Source: Lepidodermella squamata
Lineage: Eukaryota > Animalia > Gastrotricha
DNA length: 64,000 nucleotides
Assembly (NCBI GenBank): GCA_047495785.1
Contig: JBLDXI010000055.1
Location: 1,798,001-1,862,000 of the forward strand
Direction of reading: 5' to 3'
Numbering within the stretch: position 1 is the stretch's first letter; each line of letters opens with the position of its first letter. Positions 11,001-23,021 of the stretch are shown piece after piece. A program made the position numbers and the translations under genes. A model generated the notes under the pieces. That model saw only the letters and a list, made by a program, of their open reading frames with translations. It made no database searches and was not told the DNA's origin.

Positions 11001-14000
11001 AGTTGACAACCATCGGGGCTGCTGGTCTTGGCCAAATTGTGAGCGAAGTCGGAGGAACTAACGAGGAAATTTATATTGCAACATTATTGCATCGTAAACC
11101 ACACCAGGAATTTACCTATCACTTTAGGTAGAAAATCTATGCTAGAGTTGCCCCCGGTATATCCTCGGTGAGACACGACACATTTCAGCGCCATTTTAGA
11201 AATCATTGCGCCTCCGTCGATTGTTAAAACTGACCAAGTTGATCTAATAAAAAATAAAAAACTTCGTTTTCACCTTGTTATTTCACGTATCGCAATCTTA
11301 CGTGTCATTTGCTTGTGTTATTGACCAATCCGCAGAAGCTTCTAGCCATTTAGCTTCGCTCTTTTCATCAACAAAACTTGACAGCCACCTTCAAAATCGA
11401 AAAAAATAAAGCCTGAATTTAGGAAAAAATGAGAATTACCATTGAAAGTTTGGCCTTGGATGTCCTTTTTCGACTTGACACAAGAAGGAATGACGCCGAC
11501 CTGGCACTGCTACAATCGGTGTATCCGACAGAGATTGAATTTTCGGCAAGGTGGGTGGCTCGATAATTGAGAGATAGGTGGGCACCGATCGCTGGCCGTT
11601 AGCCCACAAGCACTCAAATCGGCCTTCGTCTTCTGGGCGCAAAGATTCGATGCGCAGCGAAGCGGTGCCAACCACAGTATACCTGTTGTTCCCCAAAACG
11701 CGCCCACTTGGTTCTGGGATAAGCACTAAACGAAGTAGAAAATGAATGAACATGGGATGAAGTGGCGGCATGTGTTTTACCATATCTAGAATGCCTTAGC
11801 CATGTTGCCTCGTGGCCCAAAACTTGTAGCGATTGAAGTGAGCAGTTCAGGATAACTGAAGAGCCGATAGTAGCATGAACTTTCTCTTCTGAAACAAAAA
11901 ATCCAGGTACGTTATATAATATTGTACTGATCATTTTTTCTCATCATTTATATCATTTCGAAGTCACTTGTTAAGCAGTCATTGTTTTATACTATATTAT
12001 TAGTTGTCATTTCCACTGGCTCTTTTCGTCGTAATTGCGATCAATGATCAATCAACAACAGACAGACGGCGTTTTGTTTAGACGCTTCAAGTTGGAATTA
12101 GAAAACGCCATATTTGTAGTTAATATTTATTGAGAGCGGCAGTAGGAAACTATTAGCAAATGCCATTCGACATTAACTTTGTGACACCATACATACACTC
12201 AGCCGATCTGGAACAATTCGCGCAATTGTGAATAAACTATTAGCGTCCAAAATTTTGAAACGAAAAGTCAGGAGCACCTACAGGGCGGGAAATGGTTCGA
12301 AATTCCTCACCACGTATTATTAATATTAATTCTTGATATCATCAGCACTGAAGGGAAGAAATTACTTCATTTGACACTAATTTCGCTTTCAGGCTTGTGC
12401 CTTCTGACGCTGAGTTAGCATTGCGGCTCAGCCTTGCGTTAACCACTGCGCGCTATTGAGACGGTGGCGGAGTGGCGACGGTCTGGCGCGAAATTAGCGA
12501 GTGTATAATAGCAGCCTTTCACACTGGCACCGGTGAAGAGTTGCGCCAGTGCGTCGTGATTTTTCGGTACATTGGCTTCGAAGCGCAGTGTCATCGCGTG
12601 TTTTAGTCCCTATTTACACGTTTAATTAGTTCACATGAAGGCGAAATCTAAACGGCCATATCAATGCGTTCGGCTCGGAGCGTGCAGCTTGCGCCTCGCC
12701 AAATGAAGCAAAGTCTCCTTCACGATTTTTTCAGAATTTATCAAAAAAATGCAACGGAAAGTTGATGCCATAAAGGCGTATTAATTTGCGAACATATGTC
12801 GCGTCTGCCTTGAAGCGTTGCATTCAGATGATACGTATATTTATGGTAGCTACTCATCAGCGCCACACTTGCTAATAAACATGTTATCCGGCAATATGTC
12901 ATCACGCCGATCAGCCGTATGCTTACGCAAAATAAAACGACCCAGTTCGGAAACATCATAAGAGATAAAACTTGTCAATTAGGTATACGACAACTGTGAA
13001 TCGGCAATTAGCCACTTTGGGCGACAAGCGATAACGACAAGAGCGCCTTGCGAGTTCAGGCCATTAAAACTTGATAAAATAAAGGGAGCGTTACTTCCTC
13101 GCCGCTGAGCATGTCGCATGTCGCTCAAGCGGTGACCTCGGCTCACATCCGGGGCGCGGTCTTGTTAACCGAAATGAACAAGAAAAATTGCATAACATCG
13201 CGAGAAGTTCACCACCTGTACACGCTGATAAAAACATACGCATGTACCTATCTGTCAATCAAACGCGACTCCGAGCCGCATTCTTGACTTTCCGCGCCCG
13301 TTAAGCGATGTTTAGCTGGTCGGCTCTAGTCTGCGACGACGAAACTATGCCGATGACGCGCGTAATAACGGAAGAACAAAAATGTAAACAACAATTTGTC
13401 AATTGTGTTACAGTAAAAATGTTCAAAGAAGCGAATTTCGATTACGTACTTGAAATAAGCGGCGCATTTGTCGACAAATAGTTTTTAATTGAATGAAGCA
13501 AATTATTATCGAAATATGGTAACCAAATCGCCGGTCATGTTTATTTAGACAAAATGCGAGAGAGGGACGTAGTTCACACGTAAATAAACAAACAAATTGG
13601 TCAGCGCGCGCGGCTATTCGCTACTCTACGCAGTACAGCGGGGCCGAAAAATCTTTGCGCCATCATAGGGTGCTCAAGTGGGATTTCCGAAGTTGTACGC
13701 GCCAACTTCAATGTTTTGTTTCCCGTGTATGTTTTTCGTGTGGCATCGCTATAAGACAAAGCGCAAGGTTCCAAATATGATAATATTTATCGTGAAAATA
13801 TTATATAGCACGGCAAATGAAACAAAACAAAAGGCCATCGCGGCCAAACGGGATAGATTTTGAATTACACAACTAAAAATAACCGTGAATGAGCGTTTTT
13901 TCTAAAATTGTTCTGCAGTTCAAGCGTTTTTGCTGTGAAAATGACAAAAAGTTGAGAAATACATACCGAAAGCCTTTGAAGCGGCAACCAACTTTCCGGA

Positions 14001-14063
14001 CCATACCAGTATCAAACACAAGAATAAACATCGGCTTGAAATCAACGAGTTTGAAGCAATCAT
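8020..14063 (-). CDS. Immunoglobulin-superfamily cell adhesion protein (nephrin/Kirre/Sidestep-like), multiple Ig domains, TM helix and PDZ-type C-terminus
   Basis: A signal-peptide exon (MIASNSLISSRCLFLCLILVWSGKLVAASKAF, 14063-13967) splices in phase 1 across a 2.08-kb intron to EEKVHATIGSSVILNC. Ig motifs SLRIESLRPEDEGRFEC, CQVEKGHPRPNFQW, CNALANP and GNPQPTARW. TM LSILIACLTSVGVMLIAANVLFISLYIA. Ends LQFIDV. Confidence 0.85.
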
Positions 14064-15864
14064 CTGATAAAACTCTAAACAATAAGTATAGAGAAGAAAA
14101 TTTAATTTGAATGTAGGTACAAATTCGCGATTTCACGGAGGCATTCTTCGTTGATAAACATGATCGAAATCGATTATTCATTAAGGTGGAAACTCCGAAT
14201 ATTTGAATTGCGTAAAATGAAGGGCTAGAAGTATTGAAATGTGAGCTGTTGTGGTATTCGAAGGGGAAGACGGCAAAATAAGTCATTTCCGTTTTTTGAA
14301 ACAAATATTGTGGTGAAATGAAAGCAACACCTCTGGGTGCATTAAAAAGTCGGCTGGTCAGTCAAGGAGTCGCTTGGCTAAGACCTATTTAGTCCTCATC
14401 TAGCTATGTTAATAAATTGATTAAGTTAGAAAAAATAAGAAAAAAAAATACAGCACAAAAATACCTGCCACTATAATCAAGGTGGAACGAAGTCTACTTG
14501 TTGGTAAGTCATAAGGAACTTGCCATACCTTGCGCACGATTTTCAGAAGGAAAGAGACGGTCTTTTTTACTTACTGTAATCACTTAATGCCACAGCGACG
14601 TGTAGTGTGTATAAGTAATCAATTCGGCGACAATTTATCACGGTGTAAGATATTCTAAGTGCAGCATCTAAAAACAAATAATAAGAGATGATTGAGATGA
14701 CCAACAACCTGATCCGATAATTGATAAGTGATAGCGCTACGCGATGGTCAAGCTAAACGATTATCTACTGTTATTTTCAGCATATTTTCTGTTATTATTT
14801 GTATTTAGCTAGTAGGTATTATGTGCCATCGATTGGCGAGCGCGACTGACCATGCGTAGGCGGCGGAGAGGCTACTCTCGCGCACAAATAATAAATGGGC
14901 CTCTAACGCAGCAGATATGCGGCGTTACTGACCAATCAGCGTGCGCGACGCCGCCGTCGCATAAAAGCGCGCTCGTCTATTCTGTTTATTCGACATGAAG
15001 TGCGAGTTTCGGAATCACCTGTTTTATTGTTTTCTCGTTTAATTGACATATGACCGATGCGTTTAATTTATGGGCGGCTTTTCGCATGCTCTATATGTTG
15101 CGGCAAATAGCTCCTTCGGTCTGTAAGTCAGATTATGCATGGCATATGTCCAGGTTTTTTTTGCTTTATACACCTATCCGCAAAAAAACTCGGAGTTCCC
15201 AATGCCCAGTGAAGAGGATAATTGATAATGAAACGTAAAAATGAAATTCACTATTTATACAAATCAGTCATGAGCTCCTCTCTTTGCTGCCCTTTGCTCT
15301 GCAGGAAAATTTGGTGAATTTTCAGATAATTCCATATCAGCCCTTGATTCGGTACTTTCATCCAGGGCAGGTTTATCTGGAAAATGTTTGTATCTATTTA
15401 GTATTTTTTTTATTTGAAAGCTATCACGCCCAAGATTCAAAAATTCAAAATTCAAAAATGCGAACAATGCAGGACGGGTTACATAAGTATAGGACAACTG
15501 TAAAGAAATGCAACAAGCTCATGACAATTGAGTGCGTACAGCATAGATAATACCTAGTAAAGATCGGACGTTTACGATCCTCCCATAGTGTCAAAATGTC
15601 AAAGCTCACCATGTGCAAAGCCACATTTTGTGCGTTTTATTTGAGCCATAAGTATGCGCCTAGCTAAATGCATGTAAAATCGACCGATTTTTTTAAAAAC
15701 GTCATTTTTCCAATTTTTTGATAATTTTTATCCTAGTACAACTTTTAGCTCTCTTTCAAACGAGACCAGGCTCGTCTTCCCAGGACTATCATCTATGAGC
15801 TAGTGGCTCCGTCTGGACTTTGTCCCTGATCCTCGCGCTGCCGTCATTCGAATCGTGAGTGGTT

Positions 15865-16560
15865 ATAGTCCTCCGTCGTCCGATTTGGACTTGCGATTTC
15901 TCTGGCGCGATACTGACCTGTGGAACCCTAATGGCTGCAAGCGTCACCATGTAGCCACTCGGCTCGGGTTAACTGTGCTACGATCCGGTCCTAGCCACAT
16001 CTACCTGCGAACTGGTAGTCTGTCAACGTTTAACCTGTGGGTGCTCAACGCTGCTGCCCTCACCGGTGACACATCAGTCGGCGACAGGTTCAACGGTGAC
16101 CTCTTATTCAGCGGCGATTGCCCGGCCCTGAGCCCGCCCTTCGGTTTGACGTCTCTCGGGCCGATCGCAAAGGCTAACAGCGCACAATCTGGATAATGCT
16201 GAGGCGCGTCGTCTTCATGATCCTTCTGCAACCGCTGCGAATTAAAGAAGATTTCCCTATCGTCCGAGATGCGTGTCATTCTTAAGCAGAAGCGAGTTCT
16301 AGAGCGGGCAATCCGTGGTCATTTCGACCCATTCTTGCGGCCGAACTGCGACGTCTGGACGATGTATTCCAAGATGCGAAGGAGCGGCACGTCTTTCGTC
16401 GCGACGTGGCCAACTTGCGGCAGTTCAAAGCGCTCTCTGCACAGCTGTGATACCGAGACGCTTGGGTGCGCCTGCGCCAGCTTGAACGGCATCAGCAGCC
16501 ACGCACGAGCGGGCCAATAAGGCTCCTTGACGGTAGTATCCTCCACCCTTCGGTAGCTCT
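15865..16560 (-). pseudogene. Decayed GC-rich intronless coding-like fragment, probably transposon-derived
   Basis: ORFs 16546-16319 and 16279-16001 share a frame and are separated by a single TGA; more stops follow. GC content is well above the flanks. Family not recognised. Confidence 0.3.
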
Positions 16561-17467
16561 GGCCGACAAACTACTAACCCATTCTATCGTCCCAATGTAT
16601 CCCTACAGTGATCCGGCCGCCGATATGACGATGCGCTAGCGGTGGCTCGAGCTGAAACATGCGATTGCCACCGACCCGGTCTTGCAGCCAGTCGGTGTGA
16701 TTCGGCTTCCTTTGGCTTGCTGGCTGATCACCTGCGCGACCGCAAACTCCAAGCCAGTGTGGCCGGCTTTCTTAATTTCCAGGTTAGTTTTCAGTTTTCA
16801 GTGAGGCGTGCCTGCTCTTCATTGTATACACTAGTGACTTCATCAATTCCCCCAGTGCTCCTGACAGTGAGTTTGATGCCGAAGATTTGACGGTTGTCAG
16901 CACCGACGCTACGTTCCCAGAGGCCGAGATAAACGATCTCTAAAGCTCTCTACAGCTCTCCAAAGCTCCTGGCACTCTGAATTGTTCAACTCAACCACGA
17001 AAATGGAAGGTATTGAGACTTTAAGGTGGACTCTGAACGCGCCAAGCGACAAAAACCATGAGTTTCAGATATTTTACTGCCGCGAAGTATCTTTGCGTTT
17101 TGTCTCAAACATAGTTTTAATAATAAATTTGAATACTTTTGTTACCAAAATTATTTGTTTTACACACTATTAATTATTTTATCTTTTTCGCTTTCCGGCC
17201 GATTTTTCGGGCTTTCTGCCCGGCGAAACCGAACCTAAACCGAGCGACGAGCGAATCGTCCCTTTGACGCTTTATGTTATGTTATCAGGGTTTTTTTTAA
17301 GGAATGACTTGGTCGTTACTTTCACCGTTTTGGGCGGTACACCAAATCCAAATAACATTGGCTTTTTTCGTGATTGTTCAATTTTCTGCTTTTTGGGCGT
17401 TACACCGAGCCATTTTGGGCGTTGCACTGTCACATGTGTAACATGCTTAAAAAAAACGCTGTGTTTA

Positions 17468-18913
17468 CTGTAAAAACAGAAATTTCTGCGAGGACTTAAT
17501 TTTTGCGAATCTGCGAGAAAATTTTGACTCGCAAAAATTAAATTCGCAGAATTTAAGTCCCACTAATTCTTCAGAATTCGCTTAAAACGAAGCAATAATC
17601 GCTCAGGCTCGTGAAAGTTTGCATGCCCCTTCATATGAAGCAAGGGAATACAGGCTACCTAGCCGGGTTGGGCCCCTTAGCCATTTTCCATGGTATGTAG
17701 AGCAATTAGCATGGCCTAGAGGATAAAATTTCACAGATTTAATGAGCAAACTGGCCCGGTTCCTAGGTAACAGGTAACTAGCCAGTGGCGGAAATAAGTC
17801 GGATAAGCTAAGCTAGCACGAGGTGGGAAAATAGTCTGAGTAAGGGGGTCACAACTTCATTTTTCAAAACCCCAGGGAACTTTAAATAAAGTCTCCAGCT
17901 CGTGTTTGTTTTTTTCGATTTTTCGTAGTTTTTCATCGCCACAAAAACGCCTTGTCATCATTATTGTCATGTGAGCCAACCGAATATAGCAGACACATAG
18001 CAGTACTCGGCTTTACCTACTTGTGGGCTTTTCGGAAAGCCTTTTGGCACTTTCTTTGCCTAAAGCCTAAAGAGGGGCTAAAAAGGTCCATTTTTGGGGT
18101 TACGGCTTACGGTAATTTACGGTCGCTTGCATCCCCCGAACAACCTCTTATCTCCGCCACTGCAACTAGTATAGGTTTTAGTGGGGTTTTAGTGATGCAC
18201 GGGTTCGAAGCCCGGGTTCGTACAAGAATTTGTGCTCAAACTGTCGTTGGAAAAACGAAATTTCTAGTGAAAACTTTCTCGAGGCTCGGCGGGCGTAGTT
18301 TACATCTCTACAAGTGAACCTCGCGGTAAATGAAAAAAACGACGGATTCAAGCTCAGGGATTTTGCTCAATGTTGATTTGCAGCCTTCCTGGTATAAGAG
18401 TTCATCCTTCGGCAGACGCTTCTCGCGCATGGCTCGTTGAGTTCAAAACTATTGATAGGGGCGAGAGCACCGGGGAAATCCTTTTTGAAAATAGCTTCGC
18501 CATCAAATTACAATATGTCAGTTAAGACAGCTACCTTTCTATCTCTCAAAGCCAAAAATATTCACGAGTCATCTTAGGGTTAGACCTGTTCTTTTTGCTG
18601 GTTTGGGTTTTGAAAGTTGACCCGGACCAATAGTCAATAGCGTTACGCTAAGAACAGCTAAACGTTATGAACGTCAGTTGCCGATCCTCTTCCAATTTCG
18701 TGTGTAGAAGTGCCAAGAGGGCTCACTCTCAGAGGGCAACCCACCCCCAACATAACCCTAACCTTAACTTTTAACCCTCCGGAAGCGATCAGAATTCTCC
18801 GAAAAAAGCTCAGTTTTTCCATTCGCAAAAATTTTGTCCGCAGAAATTAAAACTACCTGAAAAATTGGCCATTCGCAGAAATAAAGTCCTCGCAGAAATT
18901 TCTGTTTTTACAG
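17468..18913. mobile_element. Non-autonomous DNA transposon (TA target duplication, Tc1/mariner-type), ~1.45 kb
   Basis: Perfect 30-bp TIR CTGTAAAAACAGAAATTTCTGCGAGGACTT (41/43 when extended), flanked by TA at 17466-17467 and 18914-18915. Subterminal TCGCA/TGCGA repeats. No transposase ORF. Confidence 0.9.
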
Positions 18914-19785
18914 TATGTTTACTTCATGTTTCGTATCCAGTAACGACGCCAGGAGAGGGCGAGGAGCGCCCCTGGTGACATTTTTCTGGATTGATCGCCC
19001 CCATCCCGCCTCCTGGTCATCCAGAATCACGAATTCCCTCAATACGCACCTGGCACCTGGTAATTTTAGATCTTAGGTACAAAGTACAAAAGGCGACGTC
19101 CTTTGATCTTCGACCCGTGTTGCCTGTATAGGACGACAGGCCAGGGCTCACTTTTCCCTTTCTGAAGTTTTCAGGAGTTTCAATCTCAGCTAGTCATTCG
19201 GCACGAGGACGTGGGGCGTCGTACCACTGTTATTGCTTAGTTGTATCCCCCACTGCGCGCTTTGGCTATTCAGCCTAATAATGTATGATTCCGCAACCTC
19301 ATCGATTACTGAATTGATCTGTGATCCTTGAAAAATTGTCGTAACGAAAAACGTGGGAATTCAGAGTGCAAAACTAGACTATTTGCTGTAACATGGGCGT
19401 TATCATACGCTGTTTTTCGATGTTTCCAAGAGGCGAGAATCCGGACAATTTGTTGCGTGGGGGAGATCCCTACAATGTCACTACTTGCTGCCAATAACTT
19501 ATTAGAATTGTGATCGCCATTCTATGCTCATCGCGGTGTTGTGCGCGGTGTTATGTGTTTATTGTTCTCGCTACTTGCAATTCGCATGAAATTTGTATCA
19601 CTCGCTATATCGGATTAGTCGCTTATTCTGAATCATTGTTGAAAAAGGCCGTCTTTCGGAAGTATTTAAAAACATTACACTTGCATAGGTTTTTATTCCG
19701 TAACTTATGGGTTGTCATTTGTTACAATATAAATTTTAACTTTCTTAAAATTACAATGATTTAGCCATATACTTTAAATATGATA

Positions 19786-21291
19786 ATGGATGAGTTGCGG
19801 AAGCGTATTGATCAGCTGAAAGAAGGTACTTCGATCTTACCTAACGCATTTTATCGGCAATAAGATTTTTTTATTCAGCTGGAGATAGCGAAGGAGAATT
19901 GCTGGAAGTGCTCAAAGCTATTCCTGATGGTTTGATTGATCCACTAAATATCATCCACTACTAATCTTCTAATTGAACGTTTTCAGAATCAAGCAGTTAT
20001 CCGCCTGATTTCGCCAAAAAACTATTGCATCTGGTGGACAATTATGCAGTCTTGAAATCCCAAAACAACGCAGTTGCACTAAAAGGTGACAAAGCCGGGA
20101 AAACAACAGCTGATCTTGAAGCCAAGTCGAAGCAGTGGGAAAAAGCTCACAATGTCGTTCAGAAAGAAAGAGATAGACTACAAGCTGACTTGAACAAGCA
20201 GATTCTTTGCAAAGACCGCCTGGAAACACTCTGCCGCGAATTACAGCGAGACAAGAAGAAAATGGAGGACGAGTGCAACGCAAAAATACGCGCAGAGGAA
20301 GCGAAGCGCAAAGAATTTTCCGACAGAGTTAATGAAAGCATCAATCAGTTGAAGTTGCAGATTCAATCCAATCAGGAGCAACAACAGCAGTTATGCGAAG
20401 AGAACATCAGTTTAACCGACAAATTGGAAAAGTCTTTACTTTTGTCCAAACATCACGAAACCGCTTTGGAAAAATACGAGGAGCGAGAAAAAGTTTGTCA
20501 TATTTTTGTTTCACTAAATTTCACAACTACATTAAGCGTAGGTACGACTGTACAAGAGATTTATAGAAATTGAATAAGCTGTAACGTTTTTCTTGATTCC
20601 ATAAATTTTTTGCCAGACCTTCACTCAACTCATCACGGCGAAGGACGAAGAGCGGAAAATTCTGTGCCAAAAATACGAAAATGCACTAAAACTGACGCAG
20701 GAAATCCAGAAGACAGAGATAGAGAAGTTTAAGGCGCAAATCGATGAGCTATTGGCACAAAGGAAGACACTGGAGGACAGCTTCATGGAACAAGCCAAAT
20801 CTTATGACTCAAAGTTTACTCAGATGTCCAGCCTGGTGGCAGATTCTCAAACGACTATCACCAAATACAAGAAGGAAATGTCCGAGGTCACCAAATTTGT
20901 CCACAAGCTACACTCTGATGCGTTGAAGGCAAAAGATACCATAAAGAGTCTCGGCGCTGAGAAGGTTCAACTTCAGCAGGCTAATGATTCTTTAAAGAAG
21001 AAGCTAAAAGCTCTGGAGAGCCTGTGTCGTAAGCTTCAGAGCGATCGAAAAACTCTCGTAACTTTGTGCAAAAACAACGGGTTGGCCGATGAAGTCCAAA
21101 AGCAGTTGGCTGCATCTGTCGAAAACGAAGCACCCGCTGAGGATGAGCAGGAAGCATCATCTCAGCCCATCGAATCAAAAAGTTCAGAAGACTCGGCGAG
21201 CTGTTTGGCTCCTATCACGAATGCCCCTTCAGCTGATTCTAATGCTAGTGTTGAGGGCAGTCACGTGCCAGAGACGACTGCAGAGTTGTAA
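19786..21291 (+). CDS. TXLNA: Taxilin family coiled-coil protein
   Basis: Both taxilin signature repeats are present (ILCKDRLETLCRELQR and KLKALESLCRKLQ). Introns ~19826-19878, ~19930-19986 and 20493-20616. Alternative ATG at 19780. The paralog letter is nominal. Confidence 0.85.
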
Positions 21292-21681
21292 CACTTTCCA
21301 GTTGACATTCAGCTTGTTGAAGCTCATCCTGCTTTATCCTTCCTGCTCATGTGCTTTTCGATCTGAAAATACTAAGTCCAGTCAACTGCGCAATACTTAA
21401 TCGTTTGATTTATTCTAGATTTTTATCACCTCTGCGATCTGTTTATTTCTGTTTGCTGTTTCACTCAGTTTGCGCGTTCTAAAAGCTGCAGAACCACTTT
21501 CTATGTATTATTGTTTTACAATCTCATGCAGTGAATTCATGCATCCCAACGATTGCTTCCTTAGTGATTGACGACAATTACTGATTATTATGGCTTTGAC
21601 AATTGGAATAAATCTCCAGCATACAAGTTCACTGGTGTAGTTTTTGATTTTTATAATTTTAGGGCTTGTAATATTACGTCA

Positions 21682-22780
21682 ATGTCGTCTTTCAAGAAAG
21701 CAAATAAATCGGCCGGGCGTACCCACCGAGAGCGCAGTCAGGTAAATACTGAATGTTGAAGTAAGCGTAAATTTGCCGAACTTGCTCTGTTACGTAGCCC
21801 GAGAGTCGCCGACACTTGGGGGTTCTCGAGAAGAAGAAGGATTACCGATTGCGAGCCGATGATCACAACAAAAAAGAGTCAACTCTAAAAAAGCTCAGGC
21901 AGAAAGCCTTGTCTCGCAATCCTGATGAATTCTACTACAAAATGATCAACACGTCGCTAAAGGTGATTTGATGTGTCACGTGATACCGTTTTACTGAACC
22001 TCGCAATAATATACAGGACGGCGTTCACCAATGCGAGGAAAATGCAGCGCCTGCATACACTGATGAGCAATTGAAGCTGATGACGACTCAAGATATCAAG
22101 TATGAATTCATTTGGGGAAGATTAAACCTTTGCAATGTGCTGTTTTTCAGGTATATTCGAGCCAAGAGACAGCTGGAAATCAAGGTAACATCAGTGCCTG
22201 AAACCTTGATTGATTAAAATGTAAATTCCTTTAAGAAAATTGAGAAGCTGCGAGCATCGTTGCATATGATCGATACCGAAGATAAAAAGGTGGAAATGTT
22301 AGTACATAGGCATTTTTTAAGTCTTATTTTTCGTTCCAGCCGAATTCTCACATAATTTTTGTGGATGACAAAAAAGCTGCAAAAGAATTCGATCCATCCC
22401 AACATTTCGGCTCTACAATGGGCTCCGCCGAAAATGAATCGTCTGAACTTCCATACCAAAAGCGATCCGATCGGCTTACTCACATTCCTCAAATTGTACT
22501 GCCTACCTCCTCTACCAGCTCAGGAAATGACGAAGCGAAAAAAAGCTCAAGCAGTAAGATGGCTTATCGTCAGTTACAAACCAGAATGAAGCGGCTTGAG
22601 CAGCTGTCAATCGTGCTCGCTAAAATGGAGGTGAAGCAGCGGTTGATGCGGGACGACTGCAAACCTGTCGATGCGAAGCTAAGGAAAAGGCTCGGAAGAA
22701 TGGGAAAGCCGAAGTTGATTGTTCCCGAAACCACTGATCATGCTGCCGTTTATAAATTACCACTGCGTAGGCAAAAATAA
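21682..22780 (+). CDS. UTP11: U3 snoRNA-associated protein 11 (SSU processome)
   Basis: [61 protein letters not shown] and C-terminal [10 protein letters not shown]. Five short introns. Confidence 0.95.
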
Positions 22781-23021
22781 AATTGAACAGCGCTTCTGAA
22801 AGGTTTCTTGGTACCATGAGTTAGTCTTCTGTTCAGGAAAAGAAATCTTAAGCTTACTTGATGTGATATTTGTTCTCATATATCATAGATAAAAGATAAC
22901 GGTCTTTCGCAAGATAGGTAGCTTCATATGACGCATGGGAAGAATTTAACCGCTGGTTCAAATCAGCCGTTTATATATAATAACTTCTCGCATTTATTGG
23001 AATAACGGTTCAGATATAAAA

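Noticed and set aside
12741-12959. Hydrophobic ORF as the signal-peptide exon of the Ig gene
   Set aside because: Its GTAAGC donor is phase 0, but the next exon needs phase 1. The exon at 14063-13967 fits the phase and has a better signal peptide.
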